Positions 9,575 to 18,255 are shown, numbered from the stretch's first letter. The stretch: 64,000 bases of DNA from Candidatus Kaiserbacteria bacterium (GCA_026396675.1 JAPLWI010000008.1:42883-106882); one strand, 5' to 3'. Numbers and translations are program-made. The notes: generated from the letters alone by a model not told the origin.

Positions 9575-10231
9575 CTACAGTATATCCTTATATTTCTCCT
9601 TTCCAGCATCTACCCTCTTTTTTTGCTCATATTCTTCTTTCCTCTTTTCCTCTTCTTCTCCCTTTTTTCTTTCTTGCATCTCTTTATATTTTGGACTTTC
9701 TTCCCATTCTTTCTTTTTCTTTTCTTCTTCTTCCTCTCTTCTCTTCTCCTCTTCTTCTGCACGAATTTCTTTATCAGCTTCCTCTTCAAAAGAATTAAAA
9801 ATACCGCCGTCCTGAAGATTTGCTACATCTCGATATTTATTAAACAACTCAATAGCAAGTTCGTCATCGATTTGTTCCCCGTCAATTTCTCCATGTGCTT
9901 TATATTTTGACCAGTCGTGTTTTGCCTGTTGATCAAGTTCGATATAAATTTGATGTTCGCCTATCTTACCTTCCAACACTCCATTATTGCCAGTTTGAAA
10001 TTCTTCATCATAAAGTCTTTGTAAATCTTTTTTTGTTATATCTTTTTTGATATTACTTGCAATTCTCAAATCAAATTTACCTTCCTTTAAATCTCTAAAT
10101 AATTCTCTCCCGATATTTTCTATCGCCTTTTCTCTCATACTAGACATTTTTTCTTCTTTTTTGTTCATCATTCCCTTGGCTTCATTTAACTCTTTCGTAG
10201 ATGGGCGATATTGTTCTGGTGATTTTGTCAT
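9575..10231 (-). CDS. hypothetical protein with an extreme Glu/Lys-rich C-terminal tail (218 aa)
   Basis: The C-terminal tail reads …EEEADKEIRAEEEEKRREEEEEKKKKEWEESPKYKEMQERKKGEEEEKRKEEYEQKKR…. The coding strand is a ~200-nt purine tract, so the plus strand shows a pyrimidine tract. Confidence 0.45.
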   Translation of the reverse strand: MTKSPEQYRPSTKELNEAKGMMNKKEEKMSSMREKAIENIGRELFRDLKEGKFDLRIASNIKKDITKKDLQRLYDEEFQTGNNGVLEGKIGEHQIYIELDQQAKHDWSKYKAHGEIDGEQIDDELAIELFNKYRDVANLQDGGIFNSFEEEADKEIRAEEEEKRREEEEEKKKKEWEESPKYKEMQERKKGEEEEKRKEEYEQKKRVDAGKEKYKDIL

Positions 10232-10279
10232 ATGCTCGCAATTCTACCCCCCCCATTTTGCTGTCAATGAATTACTTGT

Positions 10280-11164
10280 TTAAAAACCACTGTCTTCAAT
10301 ATCGCGGAGTTGCTGATAGGGACGAATATTCTTGCACAAATCGCTTTGGGTTGTTGTGGCATCTCGTTTGCTCGTCGAGGCAACTACTGCGAGTGGCGGT
10401 GGAAGCCCATTTTTAGGACCTCCACGGAAATTCCAAGGAAACACAAAGCAAGCATGAAAGGATGAACTTGTTGCTGAGGCAGAAGTGCCTGTCTGCACAG
10501 GCAATCCTACAACACGCACGATACCGCCGCGAGCAATAGTAGTTAGATCTGGATTGCGAAGATCACTTCCGTCGATTTCCCACATATGCCCAGAAAAATC
10601 ACGGAGAGTGAAGGAAGCAAGGTCTGATGCAACATTTATAACTTCCCCTCCCAAAAGCCCCTTCTCCGGCGCGAGCCACCATGATTGTTGTTGAACGAGA
10701 ACAGGACGATAAAAAGGAGGGTGATCGCCGATTGCCTCATCAATTCTGCCGCCAAAACCAATCGCATACAGACCTGTACCGAGAGTGAGTGAAGTAAGTA
10801 CTGCCCCGAGAGCGATGATAGGAAGTGAATACCGATATCCGTGATTGGTTCGACGAATATTTATATATCCAATACAAATGAAAAGGGCGAGTGTTCCTAT
10901 CCAAACGAATGGTGCGGCGGCTAGAAAGAATGAGAAAAAGGTGGTGTGCGTCGCGGCTGAGAGACGCCAATCGACATTCGCGATTTCAAAGAATGTCGCT
11001 GAACAAGCTAGCGCGCCAAATGCCACAGCAAGCGCTCCTAATAGCCAGAAAAAATAATTTTTGATTACGAATTCCCAGCGCGGGCGTGGTACGAGATGTT
11101 CATTCTTGATGTAGTCGAACACTCGCTCTGCGATATGTGCTTTGTTGTGATTATTTGTGTTCAT
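10280..11164 (-). CDS. membrane protein, probable cognate anti-sigma factor (294 aa)
   Basis: Its start overlaps the stop of the ECF sigma gene by 4 nt. It has a short cytoplasmic N-terminus, three TM helices and a ~160-aa extracytoplasmic domain. No conserved anti-sigma motif was recognised. Confidence 0.4.
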   Translation of the reverse strand: MNTNNHNKAHIAERVFDYIKNEHLVPRPRWEFVIKNYFFWLLGALAVAFGALACSATFFEIANVDWRLSAATHTTFFSFFLAAAPFVWIGTLALFICIGYINIRRTNHGYRYSLPIIALGAVLTSLTLGTGLYAIGFGGRIDEAIGDHPPFYRPVLVQQQSWWLAPEKGLLGGEVINVASDLASFTLRDFSGHMWEIDGSDLRNPDLTTIARGGIVRVVGLPVQTGTSASATSSSFHACFVFPWNFRGGPKNGLPPPLAVVASTSKRDATTTQSDLCKNIRPYQQLRDIEDSGF

Positions 11165-11781
11165 GATGAAAAAGTTTTTGGAAGTGCATCCCGTAATGCA
11201 TGCTTGGCACGGTAGAGGAGTGTCGAGACCGTTCCCACCGGTACTTGTAAAATATCAGACATCTCCGCATAAGAGCGATTCTCGAAAAATCTTAATGTGA
11301 GAGCATCGCGATAGGATTGCGAGAGTGTTTCAAGTGCTTTCGTTAATTCCTTTTGCGAGAGACGCGTCTCTGCGAGGAGAGAAGTGTCCGCTGTCTCATC
11401 CTGCAATTCTGTAATAAGTGCTTCTCCTTCTTCGTTTAGGACAACCTGCGGTCGAGCGTGTTTCGCACGGAAGAAACTCATTGCTTCGTTATGCACTATG
11501 CGATACATCCACGAAGAGAATGCTAGCGTCGGATCAAAACTATTGAGATTTTTATATGCTTTAATGAAAGCATTCTGCAAAATATCTTCCCGATCCTCTA
11601 GAAGCCCGACACCTAGCCGCTCTAAGTACCGCATTAGCTTCGCTTCGTACCGTTTAATAAGAAACACGAATGCTTCCTTATCGAGGAGCGTGCGGCGAAC
11701 AATTTCCTCATCTGATGCATCATCACCCTGTCGAGGGTGCATTTCGAGTGTCATGACTCCATATCTTACTACGCTTTCCAC
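11161..11781 (-). CDS. ECF-type RNA polymerase sigma-70 factor (206 aa)
   Basis: Region 2 (ILQNAFIKAYKNLNSFDPTLAFSSWMYRIVHNEAMSFFR) and region 4 (SYAEMSDILQVPVGTVSTLLYRAKHALRD) signatures are both present. Confidence 0.75.
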   Translation of the reverse strand: MESVVRYGVMTLEMHPRQGDDASDEEIVRRTLLDKEAFVFLIKRYEAKLMRYLERLGVGLLEDREDILQNAFIKAYKNLNSFDPTLAFSSWMYRIVHNEAMSFFRAKHARPQVVLNEEGEALITELQDETADTSLLAETRLSQKELTKALETLSQSYRDALTLRFFENRSYAEMSDILQVPVGTVSTLLYRAKHALRDALPKTFSS

Positions 11782-11811
11782 TCTACAAACATTTCATGCG
11801 CCCAAGAAATT

Positions 11812-11820
11812 TGCTAGAAT
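11812..11820 (+). promoter_or_regulatory. extended -10 element TGCTAGAAT, 12 nt upstream of the DedA ATG (near-leaderless)
   Basis: Matches TGnTAnnnT. The same TGnTAGAAT motif recurs upstream of xerC. Confidence 0.4.
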
Positions 11821-11832
11821 AAAACGACTTAC

Positions 11833-12432
11833 ATGTTTCCATCACTTTTCCTTTCCCATTTTATTGGTGGCGCGGTTGGTGGCACGGCCGTTATTCTGGC
11901 ACTCACGATTATCCTCTGTGCATTTATTCTTGAAGATGCGACAACGGTTATTGTCGGAGTGCTTGTGGCAGATGGGATTATTTCTATCCCGCTCGCAATC
12001 GTTTCAATCTATATTGGGATAATAATCGGGGATGCCGTTCTTTATTCTGTCGGTTCTCTCGCGCGAACCCATCCGCGACTTGCTCATTATATTGATCATG
12101 ATTTTACGGCGCCATTTCGTTCGTGGCTTGAGAAGCGCTACGCGCTGACGATACTTTCCGGTCATTTTGTGCCGGGGCTGCGATTCACGACTTATATCGC
12201 AAGCGGTTTTTTCCGTTCCAAGCTCTCCACATACATTCTTATGGCAATTGTCGGGAGTTTGATTTGGGAAACGATTCTTTTTTCTGCAGCATTTTGGTTT
12301 GGTAGCTTTACCTCCGAATGGATTGGTACGGCTCGCTGGGGACTTGCACTTGTGTTCCTTCTCATTCCCTTCTTCATCGGCCGGTACAACTTACGTGCGT
12401 ATCAGGCGAAGAAAAACGGTGGCGAAGAGTAG
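11833..12432 (+). CDS. DedA / SNARE-associated (VTT domain) family membrane protein (199 aa)
   Basis: FILEDATTVIVGVLVADG and the following TM pattern resemble DedA-family proteins. Confidence 0.55.
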   Translation: MFPSLFLSHFIGGAVGGTAVILALTIILCAFILEDATTVIVGVLVADGIISIPLAIVSIYIGIIIGDAVLYSVGSLARTHPRLAHYIDHDFTAPFRSWLEKRYALTILSGHFVPGLRFTTYIASGFFRSKLSTYILMAIVGSLIWETILFSAAFWFGSFTSEWIGTARWGLALVFLLIPFFIGRYNLRAYQAKKNGGEE

Positions 12433-12508
12433 TGCGAATGAGTTTGACAGAACATCCAGCTGTGATACCCTGCACTTCAGAAAAATAAACGCTCATTGGA
12501 GGTGAGAA

Positions 12509-12958
12509 ATGAAATCGAGATTGAAATCTGAGTTAAAATGGCAAGCTTTGTGGATTATTGTTATAACACTTCTTTTTCAGGTAATAACGGTGGCGGCAAT
12601 ATATCTCTTCGCAACACCAACAAATTTGGACAAGATATTGATTATCGCTATTTTTGTGGGAGTCTTAATCTCAGTTGTATGTGCTATAGGCAGAACAGTG
12701 CCTCATATCCCAGTAATTTTGTGGATGTCGGCACTTTTGGTGGGAATTTACATTATCTCGTCATTGATAAAAAATGCTGACGTCCAGAACATACCGGGGA
12801 TTCTTGCTTCAGCAATACTTTCCGCGATGATCTGTTCTGTCTTAGATGCACGCAACCTGGTAGGTTGTAGAGATATTGGCAACTTGTTGTTGTTTTTTAT
12901 CATCTTAGTAGCACCGCAGATCTGCATAGCTATTATCGCGGCAATTCTCATTTTCTGA
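12509..12958 (+). CDS. hypothetical polytopic membrane protein (149 aa)
   Basis: SD GGAGGTGA is upstream. The protein has four or five hydrophobic helices and is followed by a terminator. Confidence 0.45.
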   Translation: MKSRLKSELKWQALWIIVITLLFQVITVAAIYLFATPTNLDKILIIAIFVGVLISVVCAIGRTVPHIPVILWMSALLVGIYIISSLIKNADVQNIPGILASAILSAMICSVLDARNLVGCRDIGNLLLFFIILVAPQICIAIIAAILIF

Positions 12959-12986
12959 TCTTTCGACCGCTCTCAAATCCCCAACC

Positions 12987-13017
12987 TCCCCCGTCTAAAA
13001 CGGGGGATTTTGTTTTT
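12987..13017 (+). terminator. rho-independent terminator TCCCCCGT-CTAAA-ACGGGGGA + TTTTGTTTTT
   Basis: An 8-bp stem followed by a T-tract, directly after the gene ending at 12958. Confidence 0.75.
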
Positions 13018-13034
13018 ATGAGTATACTGAACAC

Positions 13035-13952
13035 ATGAGACAAAAAATTATTCGTGCGGGAGTTGCACTCGTGCTGGTGGGAGCTGCCGGCGCCGCTGGA
13101 TATTCTCTCGGTAACGGAAATGTATCGGCACAAACAGCTAATATCTCTATTCCTGCACAGACCGTTGCAGCACCGGCGGCAAATTCTGTTCGTGTGATTT
13201 ATAGTTTGGACCAAAAACAAAATGATAAAGAAATCATCGCTCTTATTGACGCGGCGAAAAGCCACGTCTATTTCGCGATATATACATTTACTCTTCCAAG
13301 CATCGCCGATGCTCTTATTGAAGCGAAGAAACGCGGTATTGATGTGAAAGGGATCATAGATTCAGAGCAAAGCAGTAACAGCTACGGCGCGCCAATTACT
13401 GCAAAATTGCTTGCTGCAGGCATTCCGGTCGTGACCGAGAAACACACAACTGGCAACGGCATTATGCATATCAAAGCAATCGTTACCGACTCGGCATATG
13501 CAATCGGTAGTTATAATTGGACCAGTTCAGCGACAAATTTGAATGATGAAATCCTTGAAATTGGCACTGGTTCAGAACTTCGACAGACCTATGAAAACAT
13601 TTTGAAACGTTTACTTGACGCCTATAAAGGCAACGCGGCCGCGGGAGCGGCCGCGCCCGTTTCAATCGGAACTATCGACTACACTGAGGCAGGAGCACAC
13701 ATCGGCGCGCTTGCCTCCGTGCGCGGCATGCTTGTTGACGCCTACACATCAGCGAGTGGCACGGTCTTTTTGGACTTCTGCAAGAGTTATAAAACCTGCA
13801 CATTCTCCGGAGTCATCTTCGCCGACGATGTGAAGAAATTTGGCGACCTTTCTCGCTACAACGGAACGACCGTCACTCTCACCGGCAAAATTTCATCGTA
13901 TCAAGGCAAGGCCGAAATCATTCTCTCCGACCCGAGCCAGATTTCAAAATAG
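13035..13952 (+). CDS. secreted phospholipase-D-family (single HKD motif, Nuc-like) nuclease/phosphodiesterase (305 aa)
   Basis: A signal peptide MRQKIIRAGVALVLVGAAGAAG is followed by the HKD motif MHIKAIVTDSAYAIGSYNWTSSATNLNDE (HxKx4Dx6GSxN). Confidence 0.65.
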   Translation: MRQKIIRAGVALVLVGAAGAAGYSLGNGNVSAQTANISIPAQTVAAPAANSVRVIYSLDQKQNDKEIIALIDAAKSHVYFAIYTFTLPSIADALIEAKKRGIDVKGIIDSEQSSNSYGAPITAKLLAAGIPVVTEKHTTGNGIMHIKAIVTDSAYAIGSYNWTSSATNLNDEILEIGTGSELRQTYENILKRLLDAYKGNAAAGAAAPVSIGTIDYTEAGAHIGALASVRGMLVDAYTSASGTVFLDFCKSYKTCTFSGVIFADDVKKFGDLSRYNGTTVTLTGKISSYQGKAEIILSDPSQISK

Positions 13953-14002
13953 AAATAAGTTGCGCTCTCTTACCTTTTCATGCTATACTTGCGTTACTTC
14001 CA

Positions 14003-14497
14003 GTGATTACCGATCGAATTCGCATCAATAACGAAATACGCGCACAAGAACTGCGCGTCATTGGCGCGGAAGGAGAAAACCTTGGAGTTCTTCCACTTTC
14101 AGATGCACTCACGGCAGCAAAAACCGCCGGATTAGACCTTATCGAAATTTCGCCATCGGCTGTTCCGCCTGTTGCGAAGATTGCAGATTATGGTAAATTT
14201 GAGTACGAGCGAAGCAAAAAGGAAAAAGTCGCCAAGGCGAAGGTCAAGATATCTGAGACCAAGGACGTCCAGATTAAGGTCGGCACCGGAGAAAATGACA
14301 TGCTTCTGAAGGCGAAAAAGGCCGCTGAGTGGCTCGCCGAGGGACATCGGGTGCGCGCTGAACTTTTCCTTAAGGGCCGCTATAAGGGCATGGATGAGGC
14401 ATTTCTCAAGGATCGCCTAGAGAAGTTTCTTGTGCGCATTCCGTACGCGTACAAAGTTGCTGAACCAATTACAAAAAGCCCAAAAGGTTTTGCTTGA
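14003..14497 (+). CDS. infC: translation initiation factor IF-3 (GTG start)
   Basis: (M)ITDRIRINNEIRAQELRVIGAEGENLGVLPLSDALTAAKTAGLDLIEI... is the classic IF-3 signature. It is followed by rpmI-rplT. Confidence 0.9.
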   Translation: MITDRIRINNEIRAQELRVIGAEGENLGVLPLSDALTAAKTAGLDLIEISPSAVPPVAKIADYGKFEYERSKKEKVAKAKVKISETKDVQIKVGTGENDMLLKAKKAAEWLAEGHRVRAELFLKGRYKGMDEAFLKDRLEKFLVRIPYAYKVAEPITKSPKGFA

Positions 14498-14559
14498 GTT
14501 ATTGAACGCGATCTTGCTGTTCAACAGAAGCGCGAAAAAGAAAAACAAACACTTACCAC

Positions 14560-14745
14560 ATGAAAACAAATAAATCATACTCAAAAAGAATTCGCGTAAC
14601 GCGCACGGGTAAGCTTATGGTGCGCAAGCCGGGTCAAGATCATTTCAATGCAAAGCAGAGCGGATCACAGCGAAGCGCGAAACGGCGTTCAGTTTCAATC
14701 ACACTCTCAGCGCGAACGCGCCGCCGTTTTCTTCCCGGCTCTTAG
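14560..14745 (+). CDS. rpmI: 50S ribosomal protein L35
   Basis: MKTNKSYSKRIRVTRTGKLMVRKPGQDHFNAKQSGSQRSAKRR matches L35. Confidence 0.85.
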   Translation: MKTNKSYSKRIRVTRTGKLMVRKPGQDHFNAKQSGSQRSAKRRSVSITLSARTRRRFLPGS

Positions 14746-14794
14746 TATTTGCATTTCTACTTACTACTTTCTACAAACTACTAACTAATCTTGT

Positions 14795-15142
14795 ATGGCA
14801 CGAATCAAAGGAGGCGTCACGGCACAGAAACGTCGCAAAAATATCCTTAAGCGCGCGAAGGGTTACCGCGGTCTGCGCTCGAAGAAAGAACGCTACGCAC
14901 ACGAAGCCCTCATGCGTGCGGGCAAATATTCTTTCGCACACCGAAAGGATAAGAAGACCGACTTTCGCCAACTCTGGATTGTTCGTTTGAACGCCGCCGT
15001 TCGCGATAATGGCCACAAGTCCTACTCCACCTTCATCGCAAAATTAAAGAAAAATGGTTTCGCACTGGACCGCAAAGTCCTCGCGCAGTTCGCCTCCGAC
15101 CAGCCCGAAATCTTCGCTCGCATTTCAAAATTGGTCGTCTAA
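14795..15142 (+). CDS. rplT: 50S ribosomal protein L20
   Basis: MARIKGGVTAQKRRKNILKRAKGYRGLRSKKERYAHEALMRAGKY... matches L20. Confidence 0.9.
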   Translation: MARIKGGVTAQKRRKNILKRAKGYRGLRSKKERYAHEALMRAGKYSFAHRKDKKTDFRQLWIVRLNAAVRDNGHKSYSTFIAKLKKNGFALDRKVLAQFASDQPEIFARISKLVV

Positions 15143-15144
15143 AC

Positions 15145-15168
15145 AAAAACCGCCCTCGGGCGGTTTTT
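15145..15168. terminator. bidirectional rho-independent terminator AAAAA-CCGCC-CTCG-GGCGG-TTTTT
   Basis: Flanked by an A-run and a T-run. It lies between the convergent rplT gene (+) and the MBL-fold RNase gene (-). Confidence 0.8.
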
Positions 15169-16555
15169 AAATTCTATTTACAGAATTATTTTTGATCTCC
15201 CAGGTCTGCCCTATTTCGGGAACAATGGCGCGAGTACCGAGATAGTCGTGGATGCGTTGGGCGAGGAATCGCTCGGCAGATGGCTCGCCCATCGCGGTGA
15301 AAATTGTTTTTGTATATGGGAGCGACGCCTCAGCAAATTTCAATAATTCATCTCTATCAGCGTGGGCCGACCAACCCTCTAAAAGCTCTACTTTGGCCCT
15401 TATTTTCACATCATGCCCATTGAGACGTACACTCGGTGAACCTTCGGCTATACGCCTTCCAGGGCTCCCTGGGGCCTGATAACCGACTATAAAGAGCGTC
15501 GTGGAAGGGTCGGGGAGATACTTCTCCTCCCAGCGGCCGATGCGGCCGCCATGACTCATCCCAGCGCCGGCGATGATGATTTTCGTACTGGGGACAAGTT
15601 TATCTATTTCTTCTGACTGATCACGCGAAAGTGTCTTCTTCAAAAAGGGGAACTCGAAAATGCTCCCTTCCCTTTTCATCTCATCTTCGGTCTCCGGTTT
15701 AAAATACGTCGCGCCCCATTTTTCATACACCTGTGTGACATGAATCGCGAGTGGCGAGTCCAGAAAGACGGGAATCTTCGGCAGGTCACCCGCATCAAAA
15801 AAGTTCGAGAGTTCGTAGAGCATGAGCTGAGTGCGCTCTAATGAAAATGCTGGGATGAGAATGGTGCCACCTTTCGCAATTGCACGTTTAAGTGCCTCGG
15901 CCAAGACCTCGGCACGCCCCTGCTGTGGCGGATGAACTCTATCACCATAAGTGCTTTCCATCACAATGGCATCAGCGTCAGTAATTGGCTCCCAATCTGG
16001 CAAAAGCGGTGACGGCGAGTTGCTGATATCACCAGTGAGAGCAACTGCATTTCCTTCTTCGTCTTTGATTCGCACGCTTGCCGAGCCGAGAATGTGGCCT
16101 GTGTTGCGCAAATAAATTGAGAGTCCTGGCGCGGTCTCTTTTTCTGTGTGATATTCGAGCGTTTCGAAAAGAGAAAATGCAATTTCGACGTCTTCTTCGG
16201 TGTAGAGAGGTTCACGACCATGCCGCTTTGCTTCTTCGCTCAATATCCCTACCGAATCATGCAAGATAAGTTTGGAAAGATCAGCGGTCGGAGGCGTCAT
16301 GTAGATTTTCCCGCGGAAACCATCTCTTACTAGCTTCGGAATGCGGCCGCAGTGGTCAAGATGGGCATGTGTTAGAACGAGTGCATCAATTGTCGCAGCA
16401 TCATACGGAAACGCCTCGTGCATATGCGCTTCACTGAAGTCATTCCCCTGTTCAATGCCACAGTCGATAAGTATTTTACCTTTCCTCCCTTCGACTAAAA
16501 AATTTGAACCGGTTACTTTACCAGTACCACCATAAAAACTTAATCGCAATGACAT
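15167..16555 (-). CDS. metallo-beta-lactamase / beta-CASP family RNA-processing nuclease (CPSF-like), 462 aa
   Basis: LVLTHAHLDHCGRIP (HxHxDH) plus beta-CASP motifs and a C-terminal RNA-metabolising MBL domain. Confidence 0.75.
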   Translation of the reverse strand: MSLRLSFYGGTGKVTGSNFLVEGRKGKILIDCGIEQGNDFSEAHMHEAFPYDAATIDALVLTHAHLDHCGRIPKLVRDGFRGKIYMTPPTADLSKLILHDSVGILSEEAKRHGREPLYTEEDVEIAFSLFETLEYHTEKETAPGLSIYLRNTGHILGSASVRIKDEEGNAVALTGDISNSPSPLLPDWEPITDADAIVMESTYGDRVHPPQQGRAEVLAEALKRAIAKGGTILIPAFSLERTQLMLYELSNFFDAGDLPKIPVFLDSPLAIHVTQVYEKWGATYFKPETEDEMKREGSIFEFPFLKKTLSRDQSEEIDKLVPSTKIIIAGAGMSHGGRIGRWEEKYLPDPSTTLFIVGYQAPGSPGRRIAEGSPSVRLNGHDVKIRAKVELLEGWSAHADRDELLKFAEASLPYTKTIFTAMGEPSAERFLAQRIHDYLGTRAIVPEIGQTWEIKNNSVNRI

Positions 16556-16600
16556 AGATGAACTTTAGCATGCGACACAGCCCCTCGCTTTTGCTCGGGA

Positions 16601-16638
16601 CGCGAAAAAATCGCTCCTTGCGGAGCGATTTTTTCGCG
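16601..16638. other. perfect 17-bp inverted repeat CGCGAAAAAATCGCTCC-TTGC-GGAGCGATTTTTTCGCG (terminator-like hairpin)
   Basis: Read directly. It is located 46 nt upstream of the MBL gene start and about 190 nt downstream of the ndk stop. Confidence 0.5.
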
Positions 16639-16828
16639 GAGTCATTCCCTAGAGCAACTTTATCTTGCCAAGTGGGTGCTGCAACGACGGTTATCGGATT
16701 CCCAGCTTGCAGAGGGATTCACCAAACACGCCTCAATGCTTTGCTCCCGAAAAGACGGCAAGTTGCGTAAAAAAGGAAAGACTCCACTTATTAGTATATA
16801 CCCAGTGTCAAGAGGTCTGACTTTTACA

Positions 16829-17416
16829 TTAATAATCGCAATGACGCTTGTAGCTATACACTTTTTTGTCGCCGAACCAGTGTTTGATTTCGTGCGCGGC
16901 TTCTTCTGGTGTTTCGGAAGCATGAAGAATATTTGCGACAGCTCTCTTCTCGGCATTTGCGAGTACCGGAGAATCGTTGGAGAAATCGCCGCGGATAGTA
17001 CCCATATCTGCTTGATATGGGAGCGTTGGACCACAAATCTTGCGTACCATATCGACTGCGTGCGTGCCTTCGACAACCATCTTCACGAGCGGTGCCGAAG
17101 TCATATAATCGATAACCCATTGGCGCACATTAGGACCAATTTTTTCTGGGTCAGTTGTACCAAAATCCTCCATCGCATCGAAACCATATTTTTCATAGGT
17201 GCCGAGCGTCTTTTCGCCAAGGCGTCTAATCCAGACGGGATCTTTCGGATAGTGATTGTCCATTTCTTCAAATGTTGGCTGGAACATTTCAAGCGCAACG
17301 ATTTTCAAATCGCGTTGTTCAAAACGTTTGATGATTTCACCGATAAGGCCTTTTTTTACGCCGTCGGGTTTTACCATTACATATGTTCGTTCTTCTTTCG
17401 GATTTTTATTTGCCAT
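16829..17416 (-). CDS. ndk: nucleoside diphosphate kinase (long form, 195 aa)
   Basis: ERTYVMVKPDGVKKGLIGEIIKRFEQRDLKIVALEM... and the catalytic-His region NILHASETPEEAAHEIKHWF match NDK. Confidence 0.75.
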   Translation of the reverse strand: MANKNPKEERTYVMVKPDGVKKGLIGEIIKRFEQRDLKIVALEMFQPTFEEMDNHYPKDPVWIRRLGEKTLGTYEKYGFDAMEDFGTTDPEKIGPNVRQWVIDYMTSAPLVKMVVEGTHAVDMVRKICGPTLPYQADMGTIRGDFSNDSPVLANAEKRAVANILHASETPEEAAHEIKHWFGDKKVYSYKRHCDY

Positions 17417-17429
17417 AAATTAAAAAATT

Positions 17430-17481
17430 GGATTTACGAAGTCCCTAAATTCCTACTTGCATGTCAGGACTTCGTAAATCC
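17430..17481 (-). terminator. 15-bp perfect hairpin GGATTTACGAAGTCC-(22 nt)-GGACTTCGTAAATCC, followed on the minus strand by AATTTTTTAATTT
   Basis: It lies between the map stop codon and the ndk start on the minus strand, with a T-rich tail. It is a likely map terminator. Confidence 0.6.
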
Positions 17482-17490
17482 TAATATCGA

Positions 17491-18255
17491 TTATTCGGTA
17501 ATAATACGCGCTCCATCCTTTTCTATCAAGATAGTATGTTCAAAATGTGCCGAGCGAGAGCCATCTCTAGTACGAAATGTGTATCCATCAGGTGCAAGTG
17601 TGACCGCTGCTTTTCCTGCCGATGAAATCGGTTCTAGTGCGAGTACCATTCCCTCACGAAGCTCGGGGCCTTCTCCAGCGTGACCGAAATTTGGAATAAA
17701 TGGTTCTTCATGAACTTTTTTGCCAACGCCGTGTCCGCCGAGCGATTTCACCACCCTGAAACCTGCGTTTTTAATTTCTTCTTGAATCGCATACGAAATG
17801 TCGCCTATATGATTCCCAGGAATGGCCGCTGCGATTCCTGCTACAAGTGCCTGCTCAGTCGCACGAAGAAGTTTTTTTGATTCCTCGTTTATCGTTCCGA
17901 CCGGTACGGTAACAGCTGCATCAACAATTACGCCATTATGAATAAGCCCGAAATCTAAACCGACAATATCGCCTTCTTTCAATATTTTTTCCGATTCATT
18001 CGGAATGCCATGCACGATTTCGTCATTTATGGAAACGCAGAGAGTCGCCGGATACGACCGTGCCGCTCCTTCTGGCTTATAGCCCAAAAAGGACGGAGAA
18101 TCGCCGGCATCGCGAATCATCTGCTCAGCGAGATCATCGAGTTCTTCGGCTGTCACACCCGCGCGAACTTTAGCGCGAAGCGCATCCATTACACTAGCAA
18201 GGTGCTCCCCTGCTTCGATGAGATCCTCTCGCTCTTTTTCGTTCGTGATGATCAT
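17491..18255 (-). CDS. map: methionine aminopeptidase type I
   Basis: …IVHGIPNESEKILKEGDIVGLDFGLIHNGVIVDAAVTVPVG…GGHGVGKKVHEEP… carries the MetAP metal-ligand motifs. Confidence 0.9.
   Translation of the reverse strand: MIITNEKEREDLIEAGEHLASVMDALRAKVRAGVTAEELDDLAEQMIRDAGDSPSFLGYKPEGAARSYPATLCVSINDEIVHGIPNESEKILKEGDIVGLDFGLIHNGVIVDAAVTVPVGTINEESKKLLRATEQALVAGIAAAIPGNHIGDISYAIQEEIKNAGFRVVKSLGGHGVGKKVHEEPFIPNFGHAGEGPELREGMVLALEPISSAGKAAVTLAPDGYTFRTRDGSRSAHFEHTILIEKDGARIITE

Noticed and set aside
9525-9910. Three overlapping plus-strand ORFs rich in Phe/Leu/Ser
   Set aside because: They are translations of the homopyrimidine strand opposite the E/K-rich gene and are not independent genes.
16676-17683. 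335-aa plus-strand ORF spanning the ndk-map region
   Set aside because: It is antisense to two well-supported genes (ndk, map), shows no recognisable motifs and has a Cys/Phe/Ile-rich odd composition. It is most likely a shadow ORF.
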